DNA of 36,641 nucleotides from Armatimonadota bacterium (GTDB lineage Bacteria; Armatimonadota; Fimbriimonadia; Fimbriimonadales; GBS-DC): NCBI GenBank assembly GCA_037444405.1, contig JBBIML010000028.1, positions 1 to 36,641 of the forward strand, read 5' to 3'. Shown piece by piece: positions 1 to 8,533 of this stretch (position 1 is its first letter; each line of letters starts with the position of its first letter). The notes under the pieces were generated by a model. It saw only the letters and a program-made list of their open reading frames with translations, ran no database searches and was not told where the DNA came from. The position numbers and the translations under genes were made by a program.

Positions 1-127
1 GTGCCAGAATAAGGTATCCTCTTTTTAGGTGAGCGTGATGGGTTTACGCGGGGTGATACGCGGGCGCACGATTGAGCTAGAGCAGGAACCGCCCCTGCCC
101 GATGGCACACAGGTGGAGGTGGAGCTG
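1..127 (+). repeat. Direct repeat copy 1 (TA promoter + antitoxin N-terminus), cut by the window edge
   Basis: Bases 1-127 are identical to 2155-2281; the sequences diverge immediately after ...GTGGAGCTG. Confidence 0.97.
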
Positions 128-268
128 GTTTCGCCCGCCCGTTCCGAGAACCCCTTCTGGGGACGCTGGCGCGAGCATGCCGACCTGCTGACTGAAATAG
201 AACAGGAAATCCTGACCGCGCGTGAGAACACAGCCTGGAGAAGCCTGAATGGAGAAGGCACTAATTGA
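29..268 (+). CDS. Putative antitoxin (AF2212/DUF104-like N-terminus); ATG at 38 is the likelier start
   Basis: Small protein GLRGVIRGRTIELEQEPPLPDGTQVEVEL overlapping a downstream PIN gene; SD-like AGGTGAG at 27-33. Confidence 0.75.
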   Translation: MSVMGLRGVIRGRTIELEQEPPLPDGTQVEVELVSPARSENPFWGRWREHADLLTEIEQEILTARENTAWRSLNGEGTN

Positions 269-680
269 TACCGACATCTGGCTGGACATTATGCGAGGTG
301 TACATCCCGCGGTGCAGGCGCGGGCGGATGCCTACTGGGCGGCTCACGGCACTTTTACGCTGTCGGTGATTACGGTGGCGGAGGTGGTGCGGGGGCTGGT
401 GCGTCGTCAGCGGGCGGACCTGCTGGCGCAGTGGCGTTCGGATGTGGGCAGGCTGGAGATTTTGCCTGTGGATTACGCGGTTGGGGAGTTAGCGGGGGAG
501 TTATATGCGCGGCTGGATTTGGCTGGTTTTCCGATAGGGCGTTTGGATCCGCTGATAGCGGCGACGGCGTTGCGGTATGGGCTGGTTCTGGTGTCGGCGA
601 ATGAGCGTCATTATCGGCGTGTGATAGAGGTGGGCTACCCATTGCGGGTGGTGAACTGGCGAGAAGAGGTGGTGGAGTGA
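249..680 (+). CDS. vapC: PIN-domain toxin, VapC family
   Basis: LIDTD N-terminal motif, SVITVAEV, DPLIAATA...LVSANERHY; 143 aa. Confidence 0.92.
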   Translation: MEKALIDTDIWLDIMRGVHPAVQARADAYWAAHGTFTLSVITVAEVVRGLVRRQRADLLAQWRSDVGRLEILPVDYAVGELAGELYARLDLAGFPIGRLDPLIAATALRYGLVLVSANERHYRRVIEVGYPLRVVNWREEVVE

Positions 681-1381
681 TGGGGTTGCAGGCAAGCGTG
701 ATGGGTTATAGTAGGTTGCTGTATGATGGGCACGACAACCTGGTGCGTGTGATGGCGTCTACCTATGCGCTCTCCAGTTTTCAGTGGCGTGGGGTATGGG
801 GTGAGGTTCAGAGTTCGCTGGGCGCTGGCAGGGGTTATTGCGCCAATCTGGGTCATTCGGAGGATGAGACGGGGCTGGTGTATATGCGGGCGCGGTATTA
901 TGAGCCTTTGACAGGTCGGTTTATCAGTGAAGACCCTGCGCGGGATGGGGTGAACTGGTACTTATATGCGGATGGGAATCCGGTGAACAGAATTGATCGG
1001 GGTGGTGCAGATAGCGAATTTGAGGCTGTTCTTTATCAGTTAATTGGCAATTTAATGGTGATGATAGGACGATTCTTGCTTGACAACGCTGGTCTTCCTA
1101 AGTTTGATAAAGATGATCTTTGGTCTGAACTGTTCAAGCAAATCAAAAAGCGAGGTATTGAATTAATACCCGATAGTTCTGCTCAAAAGATAATTAAACT
1201 TCTTTCTTATGTGATTGATACCGCTAAAAAATTGAGTGAAGGTATTCCAGGTGATGAGCTGGCTAAGCGATGGGGAGGATATACGTGGATTTTGCTTGGA
1301 CAGTTGCTCTTGACAGATGCGGAAATGGCGGATCCAGGTGCAGGAGAATGGTGGGGGTATCAAGGCAAATGGCCCTTCTAA
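677..1381 (+). CDS. Orphan RHS repeat-associated core fragment with uncharacterised C-terminal toxin tip
   Basis: EDETGLVYMRARYYEPLTGRFISEDP...NWYLYADGNPVNRIDRGG core signature; GC drops abruptly after about 1010. Confidence 0.9.
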   Translation: MMGLQASVMGYSRLLYDGHDNLVRVMASTYALSSFQWRGVWGEVQSSLGAGRGYCANLGHSEDETGLVYMRARYYEPLTGRFISEDPARDGVNWYLYADGNPVNRIDRGGADSEFEAVLYQLIGNLMVMIGRFLLDNAGLPKFDKDDLWSELFKQIKKRGIELIPDSSAQKIIKLLSYVIDTAKKLSEGIPGDELAKRWGGYTWILLGQLLLTDAEMADPGAGEWWGYQGKWPF

Positions 1382-1400
1382 GCTGGGAGGTGAATGTTTA

Positions 1401-1812
1401 ATGGAGACCTGGAAAAAGTGCGCCATTATATCTTTAATTATGTTTTTTTGTATTTATTTTTATTGATGTTTATTTCTTTGTGAGTCATCGTTATTACTTT
1501 GACTCGCCCTTGAGGGTAATAATGGTGATGAATAAGCCGACCTGGCCTCTTTCTGACTCGATCTATGACTATGACACGGGCATATCGCAAAGGAAATGCG
1601 TAGTCCCTACTTTATATGTTCTCATCTGGCCTATATTTTTCCTATTTTCAGCGATATACTGCTGGCTTATTGGGCGCTACTTCGATGACGGCGATGCACT
1701 GGGAGATAAAGACTGGGTTCTGGTACTGATCTGGTTTATAGTGCTTATATTGTTTGCCGCCTTAGATTATTGGATAGCTCTCCAAGCGTGGAACAGGGGT
1801 CAGCCTATATAG
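1401..1812 (+). pseudogene. Putative membrane immunity protein, frameshifted at the T7 tract 1443-1449 (downstream part is ORF 1480-1812)
   Basis: Directly follows the RHS tip; AT-rich; GGAGGTGA SD 7 nt before ATG 1401; removing one T gives METWKKCAIISLIMFFVFIFIDVYFFVSHRYY..., continuous with the 110-aa ORF that has two hydrophobic segments. Confidence 0.65.
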
Positions 1813-1821
1813 GATACGGTA

Positions 1822-1960
1822 GCAGGAAATTCGTGGCGGATGGAGTATCTGTATGATGGGCAGATGCCGGTATGCGAGCAGGAGTTTGTGGGCAGCACTT
1901 TGCGCGCGACACGGGTCGACTTTCCTGGCGCACGAGGGATAGAGCTGTGCCGACGATAGA
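1822..1960 (+). pseudogene. RHS core relic, copy A
   Basis: Translates as MEYLYDGQMPVCEQEFVGSTLRATRVDFPGARGIE, which is RHS/YD-like; 1841-1900 matches 3031-3090 at 59/60 nt. Confidence 0.65.
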
Positions 1961-2005
1961 CCATACGCGGGGTAATCCAATTGGCGGCTCTTATTACAGC
2001 CAGTA

Positions 2006-2166
2006 GACTGCATCCGCGAGGGTGAAAAAGCTCTGTAGCACCTTCGGGAAGCGATGGAATTCGCTCTGAAACCTTCAGAGGAGCCTTGCAGGCACGAGGG
2101 GCAGCTGATGGATGAGAGCGCAGGATGAACAGGGTTCCCAGTTTGCCGCACCCAGTGCCAGAATAA
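2006..2166 (+). pseudogene. Possible degraded hicB plus truncated hicA start
   Basis: DCIREGEKAL*HLREAMEFAL resembles the HicB GCxxQGET.EEAL..LREA.EL pattern; its stop overlaps (ATGA at 2125-2128) a short ORF MNRVPSLP resembling HicA N-termini. Confidence 0.4.
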
Positions 2167-2281
2167 GGTATCCTCTTTTTAGGTGAGCGTGATGGGTTTA
2201 CGCGGGGTGATACGCGGGCGCACGATTGAGCTAGAGCAGGAACCGCCCCTGCCCGATGGCACACAGGTGGAGGTGGAGCTG
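2155..2281 (+). repeat. Direct repeat copy 2 (TA promoter + antitoxin N-terminus)
   Basis: Identical to 1-127. Confidence 0.97.
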
Positions 2282-2440
2282 CATCCTGCCACAGACCCCC
2301 TCTTTGACCGACTCTGCACTCTCTGGCACCTCACCTCCACCGAACCGTTGCCCTCCCTCGAAGAGGCACGCCAACAGGCAGCGCAGGCGCTTACTCCCAG
2401 AAAGGCGAGCCAGTTCATCCAGGCGATGCGTCAGGAGTGA
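2183..2440 (+). CDS. Putative antitoxin 2 (first 33 codons identical to antitoxin 1, different C-terminus); likely start 2192
   Basis: Overlaps the downstream PIN gene by GTGA; shared N-terminus. Confidence 0.75.
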   Translation: MSVMGLRGVIRGRTIELEQEPPLPDGTQVEVELHPATDPLFDRLCTLWHLTSTEPLPSLEEARQQAAQALTPRKASQFIQAMRQE

Positions 2441-2937
2441 AGCCGATGGTCTATCTGGAATCGAGTGCGTGGGTCAAGCGCTATGTGGAGGAAGCTGGCT
2501 GCGCGACGGTTCACGCGCTGCTGGAATATGTTGCGGCTAATCCTGCCTGTCGTGTCGCCAGCGCGTGGCTGGGGCTGGCAGAGGTGGTGGCGGTGCTGCA
2601 TCGGCTTGCTAATCGGGGGGAGATGAGTCGGGCGGGGCTGGCGCGGCTGGTGCAGCAGCTGGCTGCAGATCGGGCGCATTTGCAGCTGCGGAGTTTGTCG
2701 GTGTCAGACTGGTCAGGGGTAGTAGAGCTGGTGGTGCGTCATAGTTTGACCGCTGCGGATGCGGTGCATCTGCAAGCGGCGTTGCGTTGGTGGTGGGAGT
2801 TAGGGGTGGCACGGCTGGTGTTTGTGAGTGCAGATGGGCGTTTGCTGCGGGCAGCGGGTCGGGAGGGGTTGGTGGCATTTGATGTGGAGGCTGGCGACTG
2901 GGAGCAGTTGCGGGCGCTGCTGGAGCCAGAGGGGTAG
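2437..2937 (+). CDS. vapC: PIN-domain toxin, VapC family (different subfamily from 249-680)
   Basis: VYLESSAWVKRYVEE, LAEV, LTAADAVHLQAAL, FVSADGRL motifs. Confidence 0.9.
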   Translation: MKPMVYLESSAWVKRYVEEAGCATVHALLEYVAANPACRVASAWLGLAEVVAVLHRLANRGEMSRAGLARLVQQLAADRAHLQLRSLSVSDWSGVVELVVRHSLTAADAVHLQAALRWWWELGVARLVFVSADGRLLRAAGREGLVAFDVEAGDWEQLRALLEPEG

Positions 2938-2952
2938 GGATGTTCCCCTGAG

Positions 2953-3090
2953 TTGACAGCTTGCGGGTGGTCAAGGAGAATGTATCGCAGGTAGGAGTCT
3001 TTGATGGTTCGGCAGGAGGTTCGTCGCGAGTGGAGTATCTGTATGATGGGCAGATGCCGGTGTGCGAGCAGGAGTTTGTGGGCAGCACTT
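2953..3090 (+). pseudogene. RHS core relic, copy B
   Basis: Translates as DSLRVVKENVSQ...RVEYLYDGQMPVCEQEFVGST; near-identical to 1841-1900. Confidence 0.65.
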
Positions 3091-3145
3091 CTAAGGCGGG
3101 TGCGGTGATTCAGGAGGCGGTATAATACAGCTGTTCGGAGGCTGG

Positions 3146-3892
3146 ATGATGAGGCGAGCCAGAATGGGCAACGGATGGCACCTGCTGATGTTGATGGGGG
3201 TGGCAATCGCGCTCAGCGGCTGCAAGGGTACCATCTGGAGCAAGCAGGATGAGGTGCGCATCGGCAAAGAGGTGAGCGCGGATGTCGAGAAAGCCTACAA
3301 ACTCGACCCGAACCCCGCAAACCAGCAACGGGTGCAGCTGATTGGACAGCGACTCGTCGCTGTCGCCCGTGTGGAACCGTACGAATACACCTTCAAAGTG
3401 CTGGACTCGGACGAGGTGAACGCCTTCGCCCTGCCAGGCGGACCCGTTTATGTGATGCGCGGACTGCTGGAGATGGTGGGCGATGACGATGACGCGCTGG
3501 CGTGCGTGCTGGGGCACGAACTGGCGCATATTAACAGACGCCATGCCGCACGGCAGGCAACCCGCGGCACATGGGCAAGCGTGCTGATTGTGCTGGGCAC
3601 GCGTGGGCGCGTGCGCGATGTCGCCGAAATCTCCGCTGCCCTGCTCCAGCTCAAATACAGCCGCAATCAGGAGTATGAAGCCGACCGACTGGGACTGGAG
3701 TACGCCTATAAAGCGGGCTACGACCCGAACGGGATGGTCCGATTCTTCCAGAAAATGTTGCAGAAGCAAAAAGAGGGCGATAAGGGCATTCTGGCGAACC
3801 TGCGCACGCACCCGCTGACCGAAAACCGCATCAAACGCGTTCAGGAGCATATCACGAAGCTGACCGCATCTCCGCAGGAGGCGCGGCGGTGA
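3146..3892 (+). CDS. M48 family zinc metallopeptidase, lipoprotein
   Basis: Lipobox LSGC, NAFALPGG, HELAH (HExxH), YSRNQEYEAD, THP. Confidence 0.93.
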   Translation: MMRRARMGNGWHLLMLMGVAIALSGCKGTIWSKQDEVRIGKEVSADVEKAYKLDPNPANQQRVQLIGQRLVAVARVEPYEYTFKVLDSDEVNAFALPGGPVYVMRGLLEMVGDDDDALACVLGHELAHINRRHAARQATRGTWASVLIVLGTRGRVRDVAEISAALLQLKYSRNQEYEADRLGLEYAYKAGYDPNGMVRFFQKMLQKQKEGDKGILANLRTHPLTENRIKRVQEHITKLTASPQEARR

Positions 3893-4575
3893 AGGTGGCA
3901 GCGGTCGTGCCTGCGTACAACGAGGCGACGCGCCTGCCGCGCGTGCTGCAGGTGCTGACCGCCTGCGACTGTCTGCACGAGATTATCGTGGTCAACGACG
4001 GCAGCACTGACGCCACCGCCGAGGTCGCCCAGCGGTTCCCCCGCGTGCGCGTGCTGAACCTGCCCGTGAATCGGGGCAAGGGCGGCGCGATGTTCGCCGG
4101 CGCGACCGCCACCGACGCCGATGTGATTGTCTTCTTCGACGCCGACCTGATCGGGCTGAAACAGGAGCATGTGGAGCGGCTGCTCCAGCCCCTGCTGGAG
4201 GGCGAGGTCGCCATGGCGATTGGTGTGTTTCGCGGCGGGCGGTTCCGCACGGACCTGGCGCAGATTCTGGTGCCGTTCATCAGCGGTCAGCGGGCGATAG
4301 TGCGCGACCTCTTTCTGGAGGTGCCGGGCATCGAAAGCACGCGCTCGGGTGTGGAGATCGCGCTCACGCTCCATTTTTTGCGCCAGCGCTATCCCGTTCA
4401 GCAGGTGGTGCTGACGGGCATCACCCACACGATGAAGGAGGAGAAGCTGGGCTGGCTGCGCGGCACGCTCGCCCGCTGGAAGATGTACGCCGAGATTGCC
4501 CGCGCCTTCGCCCGCTACAGCCGCCTGCGCGACCTGCGCTACGCCGTCAGCCTGCGCGGCAAACAGATTGATTGA
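3889..4575 (+). CDS. Glycosyltransferase family 2
   Basis: VVPAYNE, VNDGSTD, NRGKG, FFDAD motifs. Confidence 0.93.
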   Translation: MKVAAVVPAYNEATRLPRVLQVLTACDCLHEIIVVNDGSTDATAEVAQRFPRVRVLNLPVNRGKGGAMFAGATATDADVIVFFDADLIGLKQEHVERLLQPLLEGEVAMAIGVFRGGRFRTDLAQILVPFISGQRAIVRDLFLEVPGIESTRSGVEIALTLHFLRQRYPVQQVVLTGITHTMKEEKLGWLRGTLARWKMYAEIARAFARYSRLRDLRYAVSLRGKQID

Positions 4576-4596
4576 AACAGGGTTTTATCTATGTGG

Positions 4597-5568
4597 CTAC
4601 CATGCGAACGCTTCGGGCGCGGGACCGCCAGGACCAGGGAATATCTCATCCAGCCGCTTAAGTGTCGCCTCGTCGAGCCGAATCTCCAGGGCGCGCACGA
4701 TGCGATCCAGCTGCTCGATGGTGCGCGGACCGATAATCGGCGCGGTGACGGCACGCTGGTGCAGCAGCCACGCAATGGCGACATTGGCGGGTTCCTCGCC
4801 CAGCTCGTCGCAGAGGCGCTCGTACGCCTCGATGCGGTCGCGATACTTCTCCAGCGCTTTCTGCACGCCTTCGGAGGCGCGCCGCCCGTTGCTGATGGCT
4901 TTCAGCACGCCACCGAGCAGACCACCTGCCAGCGGACTCCACGGGATCACGCCCAGCCCGTACGCCTCGCACGCGGGCAGCACCTCCAGCTCCACCATGC
5001 GCGCGTTCAGATTGTATAAACACTGCTCGGACACCAGCCCCATAAAGTGGCGCTGTTTGGCAATCTCCTGCGCCTGCGCGATGTGCCAGCCCGCGAAGTT
5101 GCTGCTGCCCACATACAGAATCTTGCCCTCATAGTAGAGCTGCTCCATCGCCTGCCAGATTTCCTCCCACGGGCACTCGCGGTCGATATGATGCATCTGA
5201 TAGAGATCGATCCAGTCGGTTTGCAGGCGGCGGAGGCTGTCCTCGCAGGCGCGTTTGATGTGTCGGGCAGACAGGCGCGATTCGTTGGGCCAGTCGCCCA
5301 TCGTGCCGTACACTTTGGTGGCAATCACCACCTTCTCGCGCCGCCCGCCTCCTTTAGCGAACCAGCGCCCGATAATCTGCTCCGTCCAGCCCTCGCCCTT
5401 GCGCCAGCCGTAGGTGTTCGCCGTGTCAAAAAAGTTGATGCCCAGCTCAAGGGCACGATCCATAATCCGATGCGAGTCCTCCTCGCTGGTATGCGGACCG
5501 AAGTTCATCGTGCCCAGACATAATCGGCTCACTAACAGACCTGAACGACCAAGATGCACATATTGCAT
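4597..5568 (-). CDS. Aldo/keto reductase
   Basis: LCLGTMNFG, FFDTANTYG, IATK, SLRRLQTDWIDLYQMH, PWSPLAGG. Confidence 0.95.
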   Translation of the reverse strand: MQYVHLGRSGLLVSRLCLGTMNFGPHTSEEDSHRIMDRALELGINFFDTANTYGWRKGEGWTEQIIGRWFAKGGGRREKVVIATKVYGTMGDWPNESRLSARHIKRACEDSLRRLQTDWIDLYQMHHIDRECPWEEIWQAMEQLYYEGKILYVGSSNFAGWHIAQAQEIAKQRHFMGLVSEQCLYNLNARMVELEVLPACEAYGLGVIPWSPLAGGLLGGVLKAISNGRRASEGVQKALEKYRDRIEAYERLCDELGEEPANVAIAWLLHQRAVTAPIIGPRTIEQLDRIVRALEIRLDEATLKRLDEIFPGPGGPAPEAFAW

Positions 5569-5670
5569 GGACTTACACCTCCCGTCTCAGGGAAGCGATT
5601 CGCCGCGCGGAGCCGATTCCCTGCAATCGGTCGCCTGTCGGGTAAAATCCCCTGCACAGGAGGCGGCTTT

Positions 5671-6000
5671 ATGGAACCGTTCATCACGATAGAGGAGTTT
5701 AAGAAGATCCAGCTGCGCGTGGCGACCATCACGGGCGCGGAGCCTGTGCCCAACACCAGCAAGTTGCTCAAGTTGACGGTCGATCTGGGTGGGGAGACGC
5801 GCACGCTGGTGGCTGGCATCGCCGACACCTACAGCCCTGACCAGCTCATCGGCAGGCAGATTGTGGTGGTGACGAACCTTCAGCCGGCAGTGATTCGCGG
5901 TGTGGTGTCCGAGGGCATGCTATTAGCCGCCGATGTGGACGGCAAGGCGATTTTGATTCAGCCCGACAGCGCGGTTCCGCCAGGTAGCGTGGTGCGATGA
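5671..6000 (+). CDS. tRNA-binding OB-fold protein (Trbp111/CsaA/MetG C-terminal-like)
   Basis: ITIEEFKKIQLRVA, KLLKLTVDLG, VTNLQP...GVVSEGMLLA; AGGAGG SD before ATG 5671. Confidence 0.9.
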   Translation: MEPFITIEEFKKIQLRVATITGAEPVPNTSKLLKLTVDLGGETRTLVAGIADTYSPDQLIGRQIVVVTNLQPAVIRGVVSEGMLLAADVDGKAILIQPDSAVPPGSVVR

Positions 6001-6587
6001 GCAGGCAACAGGTGTTGACGCCCGACATTCCGCAGCCCATCCCGCCGATCATCGAGCGGGTATGGCTCACGCCGCGCCAGATTCGGCAGAAGGTGCGTCG
6101 GATTGCCCGCTGCATCGAGCGCGATTATGCGGGCGAAGTGCCCCATCTGGTAACGGTGATGAAAGGTGGGCTGTTCTTCCTGACCGATCTGGCGCGCGAG
6201 CTGCGCATCCCCCACACGCTCGATTTCCTTGCCATCACCAGCTACGGCGCCCCGTCGCACAGCGGCGAGGTGCGCCTCACCAAAGACCTCGATGAACCCA
6301 TCGCGGGTCGGCATGTGATTGTGGTGGAGGACATTCTGGACACGGGGCTGACGCTGGCGTATATCCTCAAGAATCTGGAGCGTCGCAAGCCTGCCAGCCT
6401 GAAGGTGTGCGTGCTATTAGACCGCCCCTACCGCCGCCTGATCGACATCCCTATCGACTACAAGGGCTTCGACGCGCCCGACGAGTTTCTGGTCGGCTAC
6501 GGGCTGGACTGGCGTCAGCAATATCGCAGCCTGCCGTATATCGGTATCATTAAGCCAGAGATATTGCGTGCGGAGGCAGGGGGCTAA
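5997..6587 (+). CDS. hpt: Hypoxanthine phosphoribosyltransferase
   Basis: VMKGG, VVEDILDTGLTL PRPP-binding motif, FLVGYGLD, YRSLPYI. Confidence 0.95.
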   Translation: MSRQQVLTPDIPQPIPPIIERVWLTPRQIRQKVRRIARCIERDYAGEVPHLVTVMKGGLFFLTDLARELRIPHTLDFLAITSYGAPSHSGEVRLTKDLDEPIAGRHVIVVEDILDTGLTLAYILKNLERRKPASLKVCVLLDRPYRRLIDIPIDYKGFDAPDEFLVGYGLDWRQQYRSLPYIGIIKPEILRAEAGG

Positions 6588-6634
6588 GCGCGAGAACGAT
6601 GGTGATTGAACCCTCCTGCGTGGGGAGGTGGAGC

Positions 6635-7426
6635 GTGCGACTGAAAATCTATCTGGGCAAACGGGGTCAGCCGTTCGAGGTGCCGCTGCACTACAACTAC
6701 TTTCTGCAGTCGCTGATCTATCGCCATTTAGATGCACATCTGGCACAGCGGTTGCACAACGAGGGTTTTGGCGAGGGGAGCAAGCGGTTTCGGTTTTTCG
6801 TCTTTTCGCGCCTGATGGGCGACTTTGAGCGTCGGGGCGAGCGGCTAATGTTCCCGCGTGGCGCGGTTCTCCATATCGCCTCACCCAACAGCCCATTTCT
6901 GGAGTCGCTGGCGCTGCACCTGCTCGTGCAGAGCGAGCTGCCGATAGGCGAACAGCGCGTGCCGCTGTACAAAGCCACCGTGGAGCCGCAGCCCGAGTAC
7001 CATCCCGAGGTGATTTTGAAGGCGCTCTCCCCGATTACCCTGCGCGAGACCCTGCGTCAAACGGGCGAGAAATACACCTACTACTACAGCCCGATTGAAC
7101 CCGACTTCAGCGAGCGGATTATCGCCAACCTGCGCGAGAAGGTGCGCATCTGGTACGGGCGCGACATTCCGCCTGGCGACGCCTATTGCGTGCCTTATGC
7201 GGTGGACATGCAGAAGAATTTTCACATGATTAACTTCAAGAACACCTGGGTCAAGGGCTGGAGCGGGCTGTATCGGTTCCACGCGCCGCCAGAGTATTTT
7301 GAGATGGCTCTGGACGCCGGCATCGGCGAGCGCAACTCAGGCGGATTCGGCTGCGTGACAGTGTATCGGGTGGTTGACTCAGGCAGCTCTACGAGTCCTG
7401 GTATAACAGAACACAAGGTTCAATAA
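6635..7426 (+). CDS. cas6: CRISPR-associated endoribonuclease Cas6 (frame is open from 6599)
   Basis: YNYFLQSLIY, LHNEG..KRFRFFVFS, LSPI, C-terminal Gly-rich loop GIGERNSGGFG; GGAGG SD before GTG 6635. Confidence 0.95.
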   Translation: MRLKIYLGKRGQPFEVPLHYNYFLQSLIYRHLDAHLAQRLHNEGFGEGSKRFRFFVFSRLMGDFERRGERLMFPRGAVLHIASPNSPFLESLALHLLVQSELPIGEQRVPLYKATVEPQPEYHPEVILKALSPITLRETLRQTGEKYTYYYSPIEPDFSERIIANLREKVRIWYGRDIPPGDAYCVPYAVDMQKNFHMINFKNTWVKGWSGLYRFHAPPEYFEMALDAGIGERNSGGFGCVTVYRVVDSGSSTSPGITEHKVQ

Positions 7427-7459
7427 GACAGGAGATAGAGATAATGGTGGAGGATAGAT

Positions 7460-8533
7460 ATGGAGCAGTCGCAAGGAGGTACGGGCAACTTCTGGATCGA
7501 TAACGGGCTGGTGGTACTGGAGCGCCTCCTGAGCGGTGGCGATCTACCTGCAGATGTAAATCGCCTGTTGCGGCAGTTAGCTGAGCAAGTTTACAGGGAG
7601 ACTGGCAAGACAGCTGAATACTGGGACGAGCAGAGCCAGAAGGTTCGCACCTATAACAAGCGCAACTGGCAGGAACCTGTGGGGCTATTTGTCAGTGTTG
7701 TTGATTCACCTCCCAAGAAGCGTGTTGGGGGTAAGGAACTTTACACGCGCCCGCCGGATGCCGCTTCAGCGCTCCGTATCAACCCAAAAGGGAATGCCGA
7801 ATGCGACCTGTGCGGCGCTCAGGGGCCTGTAGAAAACGCTCGGCAGTATCTCTTCCCGTTCGTCGTAGACCCTGGCAAGTTCGGGAACTTTTATTCGGCG
7901 GCTAAGCGAGGCGTCAAGGTTTGTGCCCGCTGCGCGGTAGCGGGGTTTGCTGCGTTTCAAAGCGTGCTATGGCGCCGCCATGGCGATACCTATCATCTTT
8001 TTGTGTTCCATACCGATTTGCCGCGTCTGCATTCCCTGCACAATAGCTTGATAGCCCCCATGCGCTTAGCAGGGGCGAAGGGAGGCAACTTTGAGGCGCC
8101 CTTTTCAGGCGAGTATCCCTACGAGAGCCTCTTTGCCCTGCTGTTGAGCCTTTTCAAAACACTACGCGCCCGAGAGTCAACGGGGGAAGTAGACCCGCTG
8201 TTAGCCGAGCTGACGGGAGCACGACCTGCGGCGGGCAACCCGATAGTGGTTTACGCCATCAGTGGTGAGGGGGGTAAAGGTTTCTCTATGCGAGCACTGG
8301 TGGTGTTTGATCGGTTTCACCAGTTTTATCGCCTCTACAGCCAATGGTTAGGGGTGTTCCATAAGAGCAACGATCCCCACAAAGTAGTGTCACAGGTGTT
8401 CCGCCAGTTTCAGCATCGTCGCCAGAAGAAAACGGAGACCCTGTGGCGTGAGCATGTCTGCTCTGCCATTCTCAGGCAGACAGACCCTGCGCCCGCTGTA
8501 GAGGCGTTCCTTCGCCGCGCCTGCCGTTTGTAG
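7460..8533 (+). CDS. cas8: Cas8 large subunit (Cas8b1/Cst1-like, CXXC-CXXC), apparently C-terminally truncated
   Basis: Follows cas6; NFWIDNGLVVL start, CDLC and CARC pairs, FPF...FGNFY; only 357 aa and its stop lies inside CRISPR repeat 1. Confidence 0.75.
   Translation: MEQSQGGTGNFWIDNGLVVLERLLSGGDLPADVNRLLRQLAEQVYRETGKTAEYWDEQSQKVRTYNKRNWQEPVGLFVSVVDSPPKKRVGGKELYTRPPDAASALRINPKGNAECDLCGAQGPVENARQYLFPFVVDPGKFGNFYSAAKRGVKVCARCAVAGFAAFQSVLWRRHGDTYHLFVFHTDLPRLHSLHNSLIAPMRLAGAKGGNFEAPFSGEYPYESLFALLLSLFKTLRARESTGEVDPLLAELTGARPAAGNPIVVYAISGEGGKGFSMRALVVFDRFHQFYRLYSQWLGVFHKSNDPHKVVSQVFRQFQHRRQKKTETLWREHVCSAILRQTDPAPAVEAFLRRACRL

Noticed and set aside
4570..4578. GATTGAAAC, matching the CRISPR repeat 3' end
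   Set aside because: Only 9 nt, overlapping the GT2 stop codon; the upstream bases do not resemble the repeat
6588..6634. Possible degenerate repeat or CreTA-like element before cas6 (GATTGAACC; CCTCC/GGAGG stem)
   Set aside because: Too little repeat similarity and no complementarity to the spacer; the cas6-cas8 gap (33 bp) is also too short for such an element
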